Assembly: GCA_009914755.4 (NCBI GenBank)
Contig: CP086569.2
Location: 31,808,001 to 31,872,000 of the forward strand
DNA: 64,000 bases
Source: the human T2T-CHM13v2.0 reference genome, Homo sapiens
Direction of reading: 5' to 3'
Shown: in pieces, positions 28,400 through 42,791 of the stretch
How the letters are laid out: the number at the start of each line of letters is the position of its first letter
How positions within the stretch are numbered: position 1 is the first letter of the stretch
Position numbers and translations under genes: made by a program
Notes under the pieces: model-generated
Database searches by the model: none
What the model was told of the DNA's origin: nothing
The model's input: the letters and a program-made list of their open reading frames with translations, nothing else

Positions 28400-31300
28400 A
28401 ATGGATTCAAAAGGAATGGAATCGTACGGAATGGAATCTAATGGAATGGAATTAAATGGAAATGAATCAAATTGAATAGCACGGAATTGAATTGAATGGA
28501 ATCGAATGCAATGGAATCTAAAGAAACGGAAAGGAAAGGAATGGAATGGAATGGAATGGGCTGGAATGGAAAGGAATCGAAACGAATGGAATGGAATCGA
28601 ACTGAAGAGACTGGAATGGAATGCACTGGAATGGAAGGGAGTGTAATGGAAGGTTCTCGAAAAAAATGGAATCGAATGGAATGGAATTGAATGGAACGGA
28701 ATAGAGTCGAATGGAATTGAATGGAATGGAATGGACTAGAGTGAAATGGAATCGAACCACAAGGAATGGACAGGAATAGAATGGTCTCGAATTGAATGGA
28801 ATCGTATGGAATGGCATCAAACGGAATGGAATGGACAGCCACGGAATGGAATGCACTCGAATGCAATGGAGTCGAAACTAATGGACTGGAATAGAATGGA
28901 TTCGACTGGTACGGACTCTAATGGAATGGAATCGAATGGAAGGGAATCGAACGGAATGGACTCGAAGGGAAAAGACTGCAATGGAAAGGTCTCGAATGGA
29001 ATGGAAATTAATGGAATGGAATGGAATCGAATGAAATGGAGTCAAAAGGAATGGAATCGAATGGCAAGAAATCGAATGTAATGGAATCGCAAGGAATTGA
29101 TGTGAACGGAACGGAATGGAATGGAATCCAAAGGAATGGAATAGAATGGAATGGAATCGAATGGAAAGGACTCGAATGGAAATCACTCGAATAGAATGCA
29201 ATTTAATAAAATAGGATCAAATGTAATGGAATGGAATGGAAAGGAATCGAAACGAAAGGAATGGAGACAGATGGAATGGAATGGAACAGAGAGCAATGGT
29301 ATAGAATGGAATGGAATCATCTGGAATGGAATTGAATGGAATGGAATAATATGAAATGGAATGGAATGGAATGGAATGGAATGCCCTTGAATTAAATGGA
29401 CTGGAATGGAATGGACTCGAACAGAGTGGAATGGAAAGTGTTGAGATAGAATGGAATGGACTCGTTTGGAATGGTCTAGTATGCAATGCAATCGACTGGC
29501 AGGGAATCAAAAGGAATGTAATGGAATGGATTGGACTGGAATGCAATGGACTCGAATAGATTGGAAACGGAATGCAAAGGAATGGAATGGAATAGTATGG
29601 AATGGAATGGAAAGGAATGGAGTGGAATAGACTAGAGTGGAATGGAATATACTGGAAAGCAATAGACTGGAATGGAACTTTCTTGAATGGACTGGAATCA
29701 AACGGAATGGAATGCAATGCAATCAAATGGCATGGAATAAAATAGAATGAAAGAGAATCAAATGGAATTGAATCGAATGGAATCGAATGGATTGGAAAGG
29801 AATCGAATGGATTGGAAATGAATAGAATGGAATGGAATGGAATTGACTCAAATGGAATGGACTAGAATGGAATGGATTCGAATGGAAGGCAAAGGAATGG
29901 AATCTATTGGAATGGACTGTAATGGAATGGAATGGAAGGGATTGGAATGGACTCGAATGGAATGGACTGCAATAGAAAGGATTCGAATGGAATGAAAAAG
30001 AATTGAATGGAATAGAACAGAATGGAATCAAATCGAATGAAATGGAATGGAATAGAAAGGAATGGAATGAAATGGAATGGATAGGATTCGAATGGAATGC
30101 AATCGAATGGAATGGAATCGAACGGAATGGAATAAAATGGAAGAAAACTGGCAAGAAATGGAATCGAAATGAATGGAGTGTTATGGAACGGACTCAAAAG
30201 GAATTGAATGTAATAGAATGGAGTGGAGTGGACTCGAATATAATGGACTGGAATGGAATGAAATCACATGGAATGGGAACGAATGGAATGGAATGGAAAG
30301 GAATGGAATCGAATGGAAAGGAATCGAATGGAAGGGAATGAAATTGAATCAACAGGAATGGAAGGGAATAGAATAGACGGTAATGGAATGGACTCGAATA
30401 GAATGGACACGAATGCTCAAATTGAATGGACTCGAATGGAATGGAAACGAAAGGAATGTCATCGAATGGAATTGAATCGATTGGAATGAAATCGCATAGA
30501 ATGGAGTGGAATCAAATGGAATTGAATCGAAAGGAAAGGAAGCGAATGGACTGAAATGAAATGGAATGGAATTGAATGGAAAGTAATGCAATGGAATAGA
30601 ATGGAACGAAATTTCACGGAATGGAATCAAACTGAATGGAATCAAATCAATGGAATCTAATCAAATGGAATAGAAAGGAATTGAATGGAGTAGATTGGAT
30701 TGGATGGGATTGGAATGAAATGTACTGGAAAGGACTCGAATTTCATGAAACGGAATGGAATGAATTGGAACGGAATGGACTCGAATGGAATGGAATGTCA
30801 TGGAATGGCATCAAATGGAATGGCATCAAATGGAATGGAATCGAATGCAATGGAATGCTATGGAATGGAATGGAATGCATTGGAATGGAATGTCCTCTAA
30901 TGGAATGGATTCGAGTGGAATGGAATCGAATATAATGGAGTCGAATGAAATGGAATTGAAAAGAATGGGATCGAATACAATGGAATATACTGGAATGTAA
31001 TGTAATGAACTCGAATGTAATTGACTGGAATGGAATGTACATGAATGGAATGTAATCGAATGGAAAGTAATCCAATGGAATAGAAACTAATGCAATAAAA
31101 TCGACTCAAATAGAGTAGAATGTAATGGAATGGAGTGCAGTGCAATGGAATGGAATGGAATGGAATGCAATGGAATGGAATGGATTGGAATGGAATGGGA
31201 TGGAATGGTGTGGAATGGATAGTAATGGACTGGTGTGAAATGGACTGGAAAGGAATGGACTCAAATTGAAAGGGCTCGAAAGGAATGGAGTGAAATGGAA

Positions 31301-31968
31301 TGGTCTGGAATGGAATGAACACGAATGTAATGCAATCCAATAGAATGGAATCGAATGGCATGGAATATAAAGAAATGGAATCGAAGAGAATGGAAACAAA
31401 TGGAATGGAATTGAATGGAATGGAATTGAATGGAATGGGAACGAATGGAGTGAAATTGTATGCAGTAGAAGAGAATAGAATGGAATGCAAGTGAAAGGAA
31501 AGGAATGGATTGGAATGGAATGGAATTCATTGGAATGGAAGGGAATGTAGTGTAATGGACAGGCCTGGAATAAAGTGGAATGCTACGGTCTCGAATGGAA
31601 TAAAAATGTATGGAATGGAATGCAATGAAACGGAATCGAATGTCATAGAATGTAATGGAATGCAAAAAAATGGAATCCAAAATCATTGACTGGAAAGGCT
31701 GGGTGTCGAAAGGAATTGACTCCAATGGAATGGAATCGAATGGAATGGAAGTGAATAGAATCGAACTAAATCGAATGGAATGGAATTGATAGGAACGGAA
31801 TGGAAAGGAATGCAATGATTTGGCATGGAATGGAATCGAATGGCATCGAATGGAATGGAATGGAATGCAATGGAATGGAACGTATTAGAATGTAATGAAG
31901 TTTAATGGAATGTACTCGAATGGATTCGACTGGAATGGAATGTTCTGGAAGTGAATGGACTCCAATGG
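28400..31968. repeat. HSat3 HOR copy 9 (3569 bp)
   Basis: Anchor motif at 28400 and 31969. Carries a 20-bp internal duplication around 29786-29825 relative to copy 6. Confidence 0.8.
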
Positions 31969-34900
31969 AATGGATTCAAAAGGAATGGAATCGTACGGAA
32001 TGGAATCTAATGGAATGGAATTAAATGGAAATGAATCAAATTGAATAGCACGGAATTGAATTGAATGGAATCGAATGCAATGGAATCTAATGAAACGGAA
32101 AGGAAAGGAATGGAATGGAATGGAATGGGCTGGAATGGAAAGGAATCGAAACGAATGGAATGGAATCGAACTGAAGAGACTGGAATGGAATGCACTGGAA
32201 TGGAAGGGAGTGTAATGGAAGGTTCTCGAAAAAAATGGAATCGAATGGAATGGAATTGAATGGAACAGAATAGAGTCGAATGGAATTGAATGGAATGGAA
32301 TGGACTAGAGTGAAATGGAATCGAACCACAAGGAATGGACAGGAATAGAATGGTCTCGAATTGAATGGAATCGTATGGAATGGCATCAAACGGAATGGAA
32401 TGGACAGCCACGGAATGGAATGCACTCGAATGCAATGGAGTCGAAACTAATGGACTGGAATAGAATGGACTCGACTGGTACGGACTCCAATGGAATGGAA
32501 TCGAATGGAAGGGAATCGAACGGAATGGACTCGAAGGGAAAAGACTGCAATGGAAAGGTCTCGAATGGAATGGAAATTAATGGAATGGAATGGAATCGAA
32601 TGAAATGGAGTCAAAAGGAATGGAATCGAATGGCAAGAAATCGAATGTAATGGAATCGCAAGGAATTGATGTGAACGGAACGGAATGGAATGGAATCCAA
32701 AGGAATGGAATAGAATGGAATGGAATCGAATGGAAAGGACTCGAATGGAAATCACTCGAATAGAATGCAATTTAATAAAATAGGATCAAATGTAATGGAA
32801 TGGAATGGAAAGGAATCGAAACGAAAGGAATGGAGACAGATGGAATGGAATGGAACAGAGAGCAATGGTATAGAATGGAATGGAATCATCTGGAATGGAA
32901 TTGAATGGAATGGAATAATATGAAATGGAATGGAATGGAATGGAATGGAATGCCCTTGAATTAAATGGACTGGAATGGAATGGACTCGAACAGAGTGGAA
33001 TGGAAAGTGTTGAGATAGAATGGAATGGACTCCTTTGGAATGGTGTAGTATGCAATGCAATCGACTGGCAGGGAATCAAAAGGAATGTAATGGAATGGAT
33101 TGGACTGGAATGCAATGGACTCGAATAGATTGGAAACGGAATGCAAAGGAATGGAATGGAATAGTATGGAATGGAATGGAAAGGAATGGAGTGGAATAGA
33201 CTAGAGTGGAATGGAATGGACTGGAAAGCAATGGACTGGAATGGAACTTTCTTGAATGGACTGGAATCAAACGGAATGGAATGCAATGCAATCAAATGGC
33301 ATGGAATAAAATAGAATGAAAGAGAATCAAATGGAATTGAATCGAATGGAATCGAATGGATTGGAAAGGAATAGATTGGAATGGAATGGAATTGACTCAA
33401 ATGGAATGGACTAGAATGGAATGGATTCGAATGGAAGGCAAAGGAATGGAATCTATTGGAATGGACTGTAATGGAATGGAAAGGAAGGGATTGGAATGGA
33501 CTCAAATGGAATGGACTGCAATAGAAAGGATTCGAATGGAATGAAAAAGAATTGAATGGAATAGAACAGAATGGAATCAAATCGAATGAAATGGAATGGA
33601 ATAGAAAGGAATGGAATGAAATGGAATGGAAAGGATTCGAATGGAATGCAATCGAATGGAATGGAATCGAACGGAATGGAATAAAATGGAAGAAAACTGG
33701 CAAGAAATGGAATCGAAATGAATGGAGTGTTATGGAACGGACTCAAAAGGAATTGAATATAATAGAATGGAGTGGAGTGGACTCGAATATAATGGACTGG
33801 AATGGAATGAAATCACATGGAATGGGAACGAATGGAATGGAATGGAAAGGAATGGAATCGAATGGAATCGAATTGAAAGGAATCGAATGGAAGGGAATGA
33901 AATTGAATCAACAGGAATGGAAGGGAATAGAATAGACGGTAATGGAATGGACTCGAATAGAATGGACACGAATGCTCAAATTGAATGGACTCGAATGGAA
34001 TGGAAACGAAAGGAATGTCATCGAATGGAATTGAATCGATTGGAATGAAATCGCATAGAATGGAGTGGAATCAAATGGAATTGAATCGAAAGGAAAGGAA
34101 GCGAATGGACTGAAATGAAATGGAATGGAATTGAATGGAAAGTTATGTAATAGAATAGAATGGAACGAAATTTCACGGAATGGAATCAAACTGAATGGAA
34201 TCAAATCAATGGAATCAAATCAAATGGAATGGAAAGGAATTGAATGGAGTAGATTGGATTGGATGGGATTGGAATGAAATGTACTGGAAAGGACTCGAAT
34301 TTCATGAAACGGAATGCAATGAATTGGAACGGAACGGACTCGAATGGAATGGAATGTCATGGAATGGCATCAAATGGAATGGCATCAAATGGAATGGAAT
34401 CGAATGCAATGGAATGCTATGGAATGGAATGGAATGCATTGGAATGGAATGTCCTCTAATGGAATGGATTCGAGTGGAATGGAATCGAATATAATGGAGT
34501 CGAATGAAATGGAATTGAAAGGAATGGGATCGAATACAATGGAATATACTGGAATGTAATGTAATGAACTCGAATGTAATTGACTGGAATGGAATGTACA
34601 TGAATGGAATGTAATCGAATGGAAAGTAATCCAATGGAATAGAATCTAATGCAATAAAATCGACTCAGATAGAGTAGAATGTAATGGAATGGAGTGCAGT
34701 GCCATGGAATGGAATGGAATGGAATGCAATGGAATGGAATGGAATGCAATGGAATGGAATGGAATGGAATGGAATGGGATGGAATGGTGTGGAATGGATA
34801 GTAATGGACTGGAGTGAAATGGACTGGAAAGGAATGGACTCAAATTGAAAGGGCTCGAAAGGAATGGAGTCAAATGGAATGGTCTGGAATGGAATGAACA

Positions 34901-35547
34901 CGAATGTAGTGCAATCCAATAGAATGGAATCGAATGGCATGGAATATAAAGAAATGGAATCAAAGAGAATGGAAACAAATGGAATGGAATTGAATGGAAT
35001 GGAATTGAATGGAATGGGAACGAATGGAGTGAAATTGTATGCAGTAGAAGAGAATAGAATGGAATGCAAGCGAAAGGAAAGGAATGGATTGGAATGGAAT
35101 GGAATTCATTGGAATGGAAGGGAATGTAGTGTAATGGACAGGCCTGGAATAAAGTGGAATGCTACGGTCTCGAATGGAATAAAAATGTATGGAATGGAAT
35201 GCAATGAAACGGAATCGAATGTCATAGAATGTAATGGAATGCAAAAAAATGGAATCCAAAATCATTGACTGGAAAGGCTGGGTGTCGAAAGGAATTGACT
35301 CCAATGGAATGGAATCGAATGGAATGGAAGAGAATAGAATCGAACTAAATCGAATGGAATGGAATTGATAGGAACGGAATGGAAAGGAATGCAATCATTT
35401 GGCATGGAATGGAATCGAATGGCATCGAATGGAATGGAATGGAATGCAATGGAATGGAATGTATTAGAATGTAATGAACTTTAATGGAATGTACTCGAAT
35501 GGAATCGACTGGAATGGAATGTTCTGGAAGTGAATGGACTCCAATGG
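31969..35547. repeat. HSat3 HOR copy 10 (3579 bp)
   Basis: Anchor motif at 31969 and 35548. It is a paralogue of copy 7. Confidence 0.8.
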
Positions 35548-38500
35548 AATGGATTCAAAAGGAATGGAATCGTACGGAATGGAATCTAAGGGAATGGAAT
35601 TAAATGGAAATGAATCAAACTGAATAGAACGGAATTGAATTGAATGGAATCGAATGCAATGGAATCTAATGAAACGGAAAGGAAAGGAATGGAATGGAAT
35701 GGAATGGGCTGGAATGGAAAGGAATCGAAACGAATGGAATGGAATCGAACTGAAGAGACTGGAATGGAATGCACTGGATGGAAGGGAGTGTAATGGAAGG
35801 TTCTCGAAAAAAATGGAATCGAATGGAATGGAATTGAATGGAACGGAATAGAGTCGAATGGAATTGAATGGAATGGAATGGACTAGAGTGAAATGGAATC
35901 AAACCACAAGGAATGGACAGGAATAGAATGGTCTCGAATTGAATGGAATCGTATGGAATGGCATCAAACGGAATGGAATGGACAGCCACGGAGTGGAATG
36001 CACTCGAATGCAATGGAGTCGAAACTAATGGACTGGAATAGAATGGACTCGTCTGGTACGGACTCCAATGGAATGGAATCGAATGGAAGGGAATCGAACG
36101 GAATGGACTCGAAGGGAAAAGACTGCAATGGAAAGGTCTCGAATGGAATGGAAATTAATGGAATGGAATGGAATCGAATGAAATGGAGTCAAAAGGAATG
36201 GAATCGAATGGCAAGAAATCGAATGTAATGGAATCGCAAGGAATTGATGTGAACGGAACGGAATGGAATGGAATCCAAAGGAATGGAATAGAATGGAATG
36301 GAATCGAATGGAAAGGACTCGAATGGAAATCACTCGAATAGAATGCAATTTAATAAAATAGGATCAAATGTAATGGAATGGAATGGAAAGGAATCGAAAC
36401 GAAAGGAATGGAGACAGATGGAATGGAATGGAACAGAGAGCAATGGTATAGAATGGAATGGAATCATCTGGAATGGAATTGAATGGAATGGAATAATATG
36501 AAATGGAATGGAATGGAATGGAATGGAATGCCCTTGAATTAAATGGACTGGAATGGAATGGACTCGAACAGAGTGGAATGGAAAGTGTTGAGATAGAATG
36601 GAATGGACTCCTTTGGAATGGTGTAGTATGCAATGCAATCGACTGGCAGGGAATCAAAAGGAATGTAATGGAATGGATTGGACTGGAATGCAATGGACTC
36701 GAATAGATTGGAAACGGAATGCAAAGGAATGGAATGGAATAGTATGGAATGGAATGGAAAGGAATGGAGTGGAATAGACTAGAGTGGAATGGAATGGACT
36801 CGAAAGCAATGGACTGGAATGGAACTTTCTTGAATGGACTGGAATCAAACGGAATGGAATGCAATGCAATCAAATGGCATGGAATAAAATAGAATGAAAG
36901 AGAATCAAATGGAATTGAATCGAATGGAATCGAATGGATTGGAAAGGAATAGAATGGAATGGAATGGAATTGACTCAAATGGAATGGACTAGAATGGAAT
37001 GGATTCGAATGGAAGGCAAAGGAATGGAATCTATTGGAATGGACTGTAATGGAATGGAATGGAAGGGATTGGAATGGACTCGAATGGAATGGACTGCAAT
37101 AGAAAGGATTCGAATGGAATGAAAAAGAATTGAATGGAATAGAACAGAATGGAATCAAATCGAATGAAATGGAATGGAATAGAAAGGAATGGAATGAAAT
37201 GGAATGGAAAGGATTCGAATGGAATGCAATCGAATGGAATGGAATCGAACGGAATGGAATAAAATGGAAGAAAACTGGCAAGAAATGGAATCGAAATGAA
37301 TGGAGTGTTATGGAACGGACTCAAAAGGAATTGAATGTAATAGAATGGAGTGGAGTGGACTCGAATATAATGGACTGGAATGGAATGAAATCACATGGAA
37401 TGGGAACGAATGGAATGGAATGGAAAGGAATGGAATCGAATGGAAAGGAATCGAATGGAAGGGAATGAAATTGAATCAACAGGAATGGAAGGGAATAGAA
37501 TAGACGGTAATGGAATGGACTCGAATAGAATGGACACGAATGCTCAAATTGAATGGACTCGAATGGAATGGAAACGAAAGGAATGTCATCGAATGGAATT
37601 GAATCGATTGGAATGAAATAGCATAGAATGGAGTGGAATCAAATGGAATTGAATCGAAAGGAAAGGAAGCGAATGGACTGAAATGAAATGGAATCGAATT
37701 GAATGGAAAGTTATGTAATGGAATAGAATGGAACGAAATTTCACGGAATGCAATCAAACTGAATGGAATCAAATCAATGGAATCAAATCAAATGGAATGG
37801 AAAGGAATTGAATGGAGTAGATTGGATTGGATGGGATTGGAATGAAATGTACTGGAAAGGACTCGAATTTCATGAAACGGAATGGAATGAATTGGAACGG
37901 AATGGACTCGAATGGAATGGAATGTCATGGAATGGCATCAAATGGAATGGCATCAAATGGAATGGAATCGAATGCAATGGAGTGCTATGGAATGGAATGG
38001 AATGCATTGGAATGGAATGTCCTCTAATGGAATGGATTCGAGTGGAATGGAATCGAATATAATGGAGTCGAATGAAATGGAATTGAAAGGAATGGGATCG
38101 AATATAATGGAATATACTGGAATGTAATGTAATGAACTCGAATGTAATTGACTGGAATGGAATGTACATGAATGGAATGTAATCGAATGGAAAGTAATCC
38201 AATGGAATAGAATCTAATGCAATAAAATCGACTCAGATAGAGTAGAATGTAATGGAATGGAGTGCAGTGCAATGGAATGGAATGGAATGGAATGCAATGG
38301 AATGGAATGGAATGGAATGGAATGCAATGGGATGGTGTGGAATGGATAGTAATGGACTGGAGTGAAATGGACTGGAAAGGAATGGACTCAAATTGAAAGG
38401 GCTCGAAAGGAATGGAGTCAAATGGAATGGTCTGGAATGGAATGAACACGAATGTAATGCAATCCAATAGAATGGAATCGAATGGCATGGAATATAAAGA

Positions 38501-39095
38501 AATGGAATCGAAGAGAATGGAAACAAATGGAATGGAATTGAATGGAATGGAATTGAATGGAATGGGAACGAATGGAGTGAAATTGTATGCAGTAGAAGAG
38601 AATAGAATGGAATGCAAGCGAAAGGAAAGGAATGGATTGGAATGGAATGGAATTCATTGGAATGGAAGGGAATGCAGTGTAATGGACAGGCCTGGAATAA
38701 AGTGGAATGCTACGGTCTCGAATGGAATAAAAATGTATGGAATGGAATGCAATGAAACGGAATCGAATGTCATAGAATGTAATGGAATGCAAAAAAATGG
38801 AATCCAAAATCATTGACTGGAAAGGCTGGGTGTCGAAAGGAATTGACTCCAATGGAATGGAATCGAATGGAATGGAAGTGAATAGAATCGAACTAAATCG
38901 AATGGAATAGAATTGATAGGAACGGAATGGAAAGGAATGCAATGATTTGGCATGGAATGCAATCGAATGGCATCGAATGGAATGGAATGGAATGCAATGG
39001 AATGGAATGTATTAGAATGTAATGAACTTTAATGGAATGTACTCGAATGGATTCGACTGGAATGGAATGTTCTGGAAGTGAATGGACTCCAATGG
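35548..39095. repeat. HSat3 HOR copy 11 (3548 bp)
   Basis: Anchor motif at 35548 and 39096. It is a paralogue of copy 8. Confidence 0.8.
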
Positions 39096-41743
39096 AATGG
39101 ATTCAAAAGGAATGGAATCGTACGGAATGGAATCTAATGGAATGGAATTAAATGGAAATGAATCAAATTGAATAGCACGGAATTGAATTGAATGGAATGG
39201 AATGCAATGGAATCTAATGAAACGGAAAGGAAAGGAATGGAATGGAATGGAATGGGCTGGAATGGAAAGGAATCGAAACGAATGGAATGGAATCGAACTG
39301 AAGAGACTGGAATGGAATGCACTGGAATGGAAGGGAGTGTAATGGAAGGTTCTGGAAAAAAATGGAATCGAATGGAATGGAATTGAATGGAACGGAATAG
39401 AGTCGAATGGAATTGAATGGAATGGAATGGACTAGAGTGAAATGGAATCGAACCACAAGGAATGGACAGGAATAGAATGGTCTCGAATTGAATGGAATCG
39501 TATGGAATGGCATCAAACGGAATGGAATGGACAGCCACGGAATGGAATGCACTCGAATGCAATGGAGTCGAAACTAATGGACTGGAATAGAATGGACTCG
39601 ACTGGTACGGACTCCAATGGAATGGAATCGAATGGAAGGGAATCGAACGGAATGGACTCGAAGGGAAAAGACTGCAATGGAGAGGTCTCGAATGGAATGG
39701 AAATTAATGGAATGGAATGGAATCGAATGAAATGGAGTCAAAAGGAATGGAATCGAATGGCAAGAAATCGAATGTAATGGAATCGCAAGGAATTGATGTG
39801 AACGGAACGGAATGGAATGGAATCCAAAGGAATGGAATAGAATGGAATGGAATCGAATGGAAAGGACTCGAATGGAAATCACTCGAATAGAATGCAATTT
39901 AATAAAATAGGATCAAATGTAATGGAATGGAATGGAAAGGAATCGAAACGAAAGGAATGGAGACAGATGGAATGGAATGGAACAGAGAGCAATGGTATAG
40001 AATGGAATGGAATCATCTGGAATGGAATTGAATGGAATGGAATAACATGAAATGGACTGGAATGGAATGGAATGCCCTTGAATTAAATGGACTGGAATGG
40101 AATGGACTCGAACAGAGTGGAATGGAAAGTGTTGAAATAGAATGGAATGGACTGGTTTGGAATGGTCTACTATGCAATGCAATCGACTGGCAGGGAATCA
40201 AAAGGAATGTAATCGAATGGATTGGACTGGAATGCAATGGACTCGAATAGATTGGAAACGGAATGCAAAGGAATGGAATGGAATAGTATGGAATGGAATG
40301 GAAAGGAATGGAGTGGAATAGACTAGAGTGGAATGGAATGGACTGGAAAGCAATGGACTGGAATGGAACTTTCTTGAATGGACTGGAATCAAACGGAATG
40401 GAATGCAATGCAATCAAATGGCATGGAATAAAATAGAATGAAAGAGAATCAAATGGAATTGAATCGAATGGAATCGAATGGATTGGAAAGGAATAGAATG
40501 GAATGGAATGGAATTGACTCAAATGGAATGGACTAGAATGGAATGGATTCGAATGGAAGGCAAAGGAATGGAATCTATTGGAATGGACTGTAATGGAATG
40601 GAATGGAAGGGATTGGAATGGACTCGAATGGAATGGACTGCAATAGAAAGGATTCGAATGGAATGAAAAAGAATTGAATGGAATAGAACAGAATGGAATG
40701 AAATCGAATGAAATGGAATGGAATAGAAAGGAATGGAATGAAATGGAATGGAAAGGATTCGAATGGAATGCAATCGAATGGAATGTAATCGAACGCAATG
40801 GAATAAAATGGAAGAAAACTGGCAAGAAATGGAATCGAAATGAATGGAGTGTTATGGAACGGACTCAAAAGGAATTGAATGTAATAGAATGGAGTGGAGT
40901 GGACTCGAATATAATGGACTGGAATGGAATGAAATCACATGGAATGGGAACGAATGGAATGGAATGGAAAGGAATGGAATCGAATGGAAAGGAATCGAAT
41001 GGAAGGGAATGAAATTGAATCAACAGGAATGGAAGGGAATAGAATAGACGGTAATGGAATGGACTCGAATAGAATGGACACGAATGCTCAAATTGAATGG
41101 ACTCGAATGGAATGGAAACGAAAGGAATGTCATCGAATGGAATTGAATCGATTGGAATGAAATCGCATAGAATGGAGTGGAATCAAATGGAATTGAATCG
41201 AAAGGAAAGGAAGCGAATGGACTGAAATGAAATGGAATGGAATTGAATGGAAAGTAATGCAATGGAATAGAATGGAACGAAATTTCACGGAATGGAATCA
41301 AACTGAATGGAATCAAATCAATGGAATCAAATCAAATGGAATGGAAAGGAATTGAATGGAGTAGATTGGATTGGATGGGATTGGAATGAAATGTACTGGA
41401 AAGGACTCGAATTTCATGAAACGGAATGGAATGAATTGGAACGGAATGGACTCGAATGGAATGGAATGTCATGGAATGGCATCAAATGGAATGGCATCAA
41501 ATGGAATGGAATCGAATGTAATGGAATGGAATGCATTGGAATGGAATGTCCTCTAATGGAATGGATTCGAGTGGAATGGAATCGAATATAATGGAGTCGA
41601 ATGAAATGGAATTGAAAGGAATGGGATCGAATACAATGGAATATACTGGAATGTAATGTAATGAACTCGAATGTATTTGACTGGAATGGAATGTACATGA
41701 ATGGAATGTAATCGAATGGAAAGTAATCCAATGGAATAGAATC
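39096..41743. repeat. HSat3 HOR copy 12, truncated (~2648 bp) at the junction with the AT-rich array. It carries several private substitutions and indels.
   Basis: Begins with the anchor motif at 39096. It ends inside the 'ccaatggaatagaatc' block, where other copies continue with 'taatgcaataaaatcgactca'. Private variants include 'ggaataacatgaaatggactgg', 'actggtttggaatggtctactatg', 'gaatgtaatcgaacgcaatgg' and a ~15-bp deletion near 41515. Confidence 0.8.

Positions 41744-42791
<1,048 letters not shown>

Larger units (their letters stand above)
1..41743. repeat. DYZ1: Human satellite III (HSat3) array. (GGAAT)n/(CATTC)n-derived pentamer satellite arranged as a ~3.53-3.58 kb higher-order repeat, 11 complete plus 1 truncated copies. 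Consistent with Yq12 DYZ1.
   Basis: Seen in sequence: the + strand is almost entirely 'aatgg' pentamers and close derivatives (aatcg, aatgc, actcg, aaagg). Long diagnostic blocks recur with period 3528-3579 bp; for example 'aatggattcaaaaggaatggaatcgtacgg' is found at 1, 3550, 7084, 10653, 14181, 17725, 21274, 24847, 28400, 31969, 35548 and 39096. There is one GGCC (HaeIII) site per unit, e.g. 3143-3146 and 6677-6680. Established knowledge: DYZ1 is a ~3.56-kb HaeIII repeat made of GGAAT pentamers on Yq12. Confidence 0.85.

Noticed and set aside
1-41743. Hundreds of overlapping 60-320 aa ORFs on both strands (MEWNGMEWN..., IPFHSIPFHS..., MHSIRVISIR...)
   Set aside because: They are six-frame translations of the (AATGG)n/(CCATT)n pentamer and its variants. 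AATGG gives MEWNG in one register, and CCATT gives IPFHS/HSIPF on the other strand. They recur with the 3.55-kb HOR period, overlap each other on both strands, have no start context and extreme low complexity. They are not genes.
1-41743. Classifying the pentamer array as HSat2 rather than HSat3
   Set aside because: The array is dominated by fairly pure GGAAT/AATGG pentamers with a defined 3.55-kb HOR and one HaeIII site per unit. That fits HSat3 and DYZ1 better than the more degenerate HSat2 families built on 23/26-bp units. Without alignment to subfamily references, the exact HSat3 subfamily label remains unverified.
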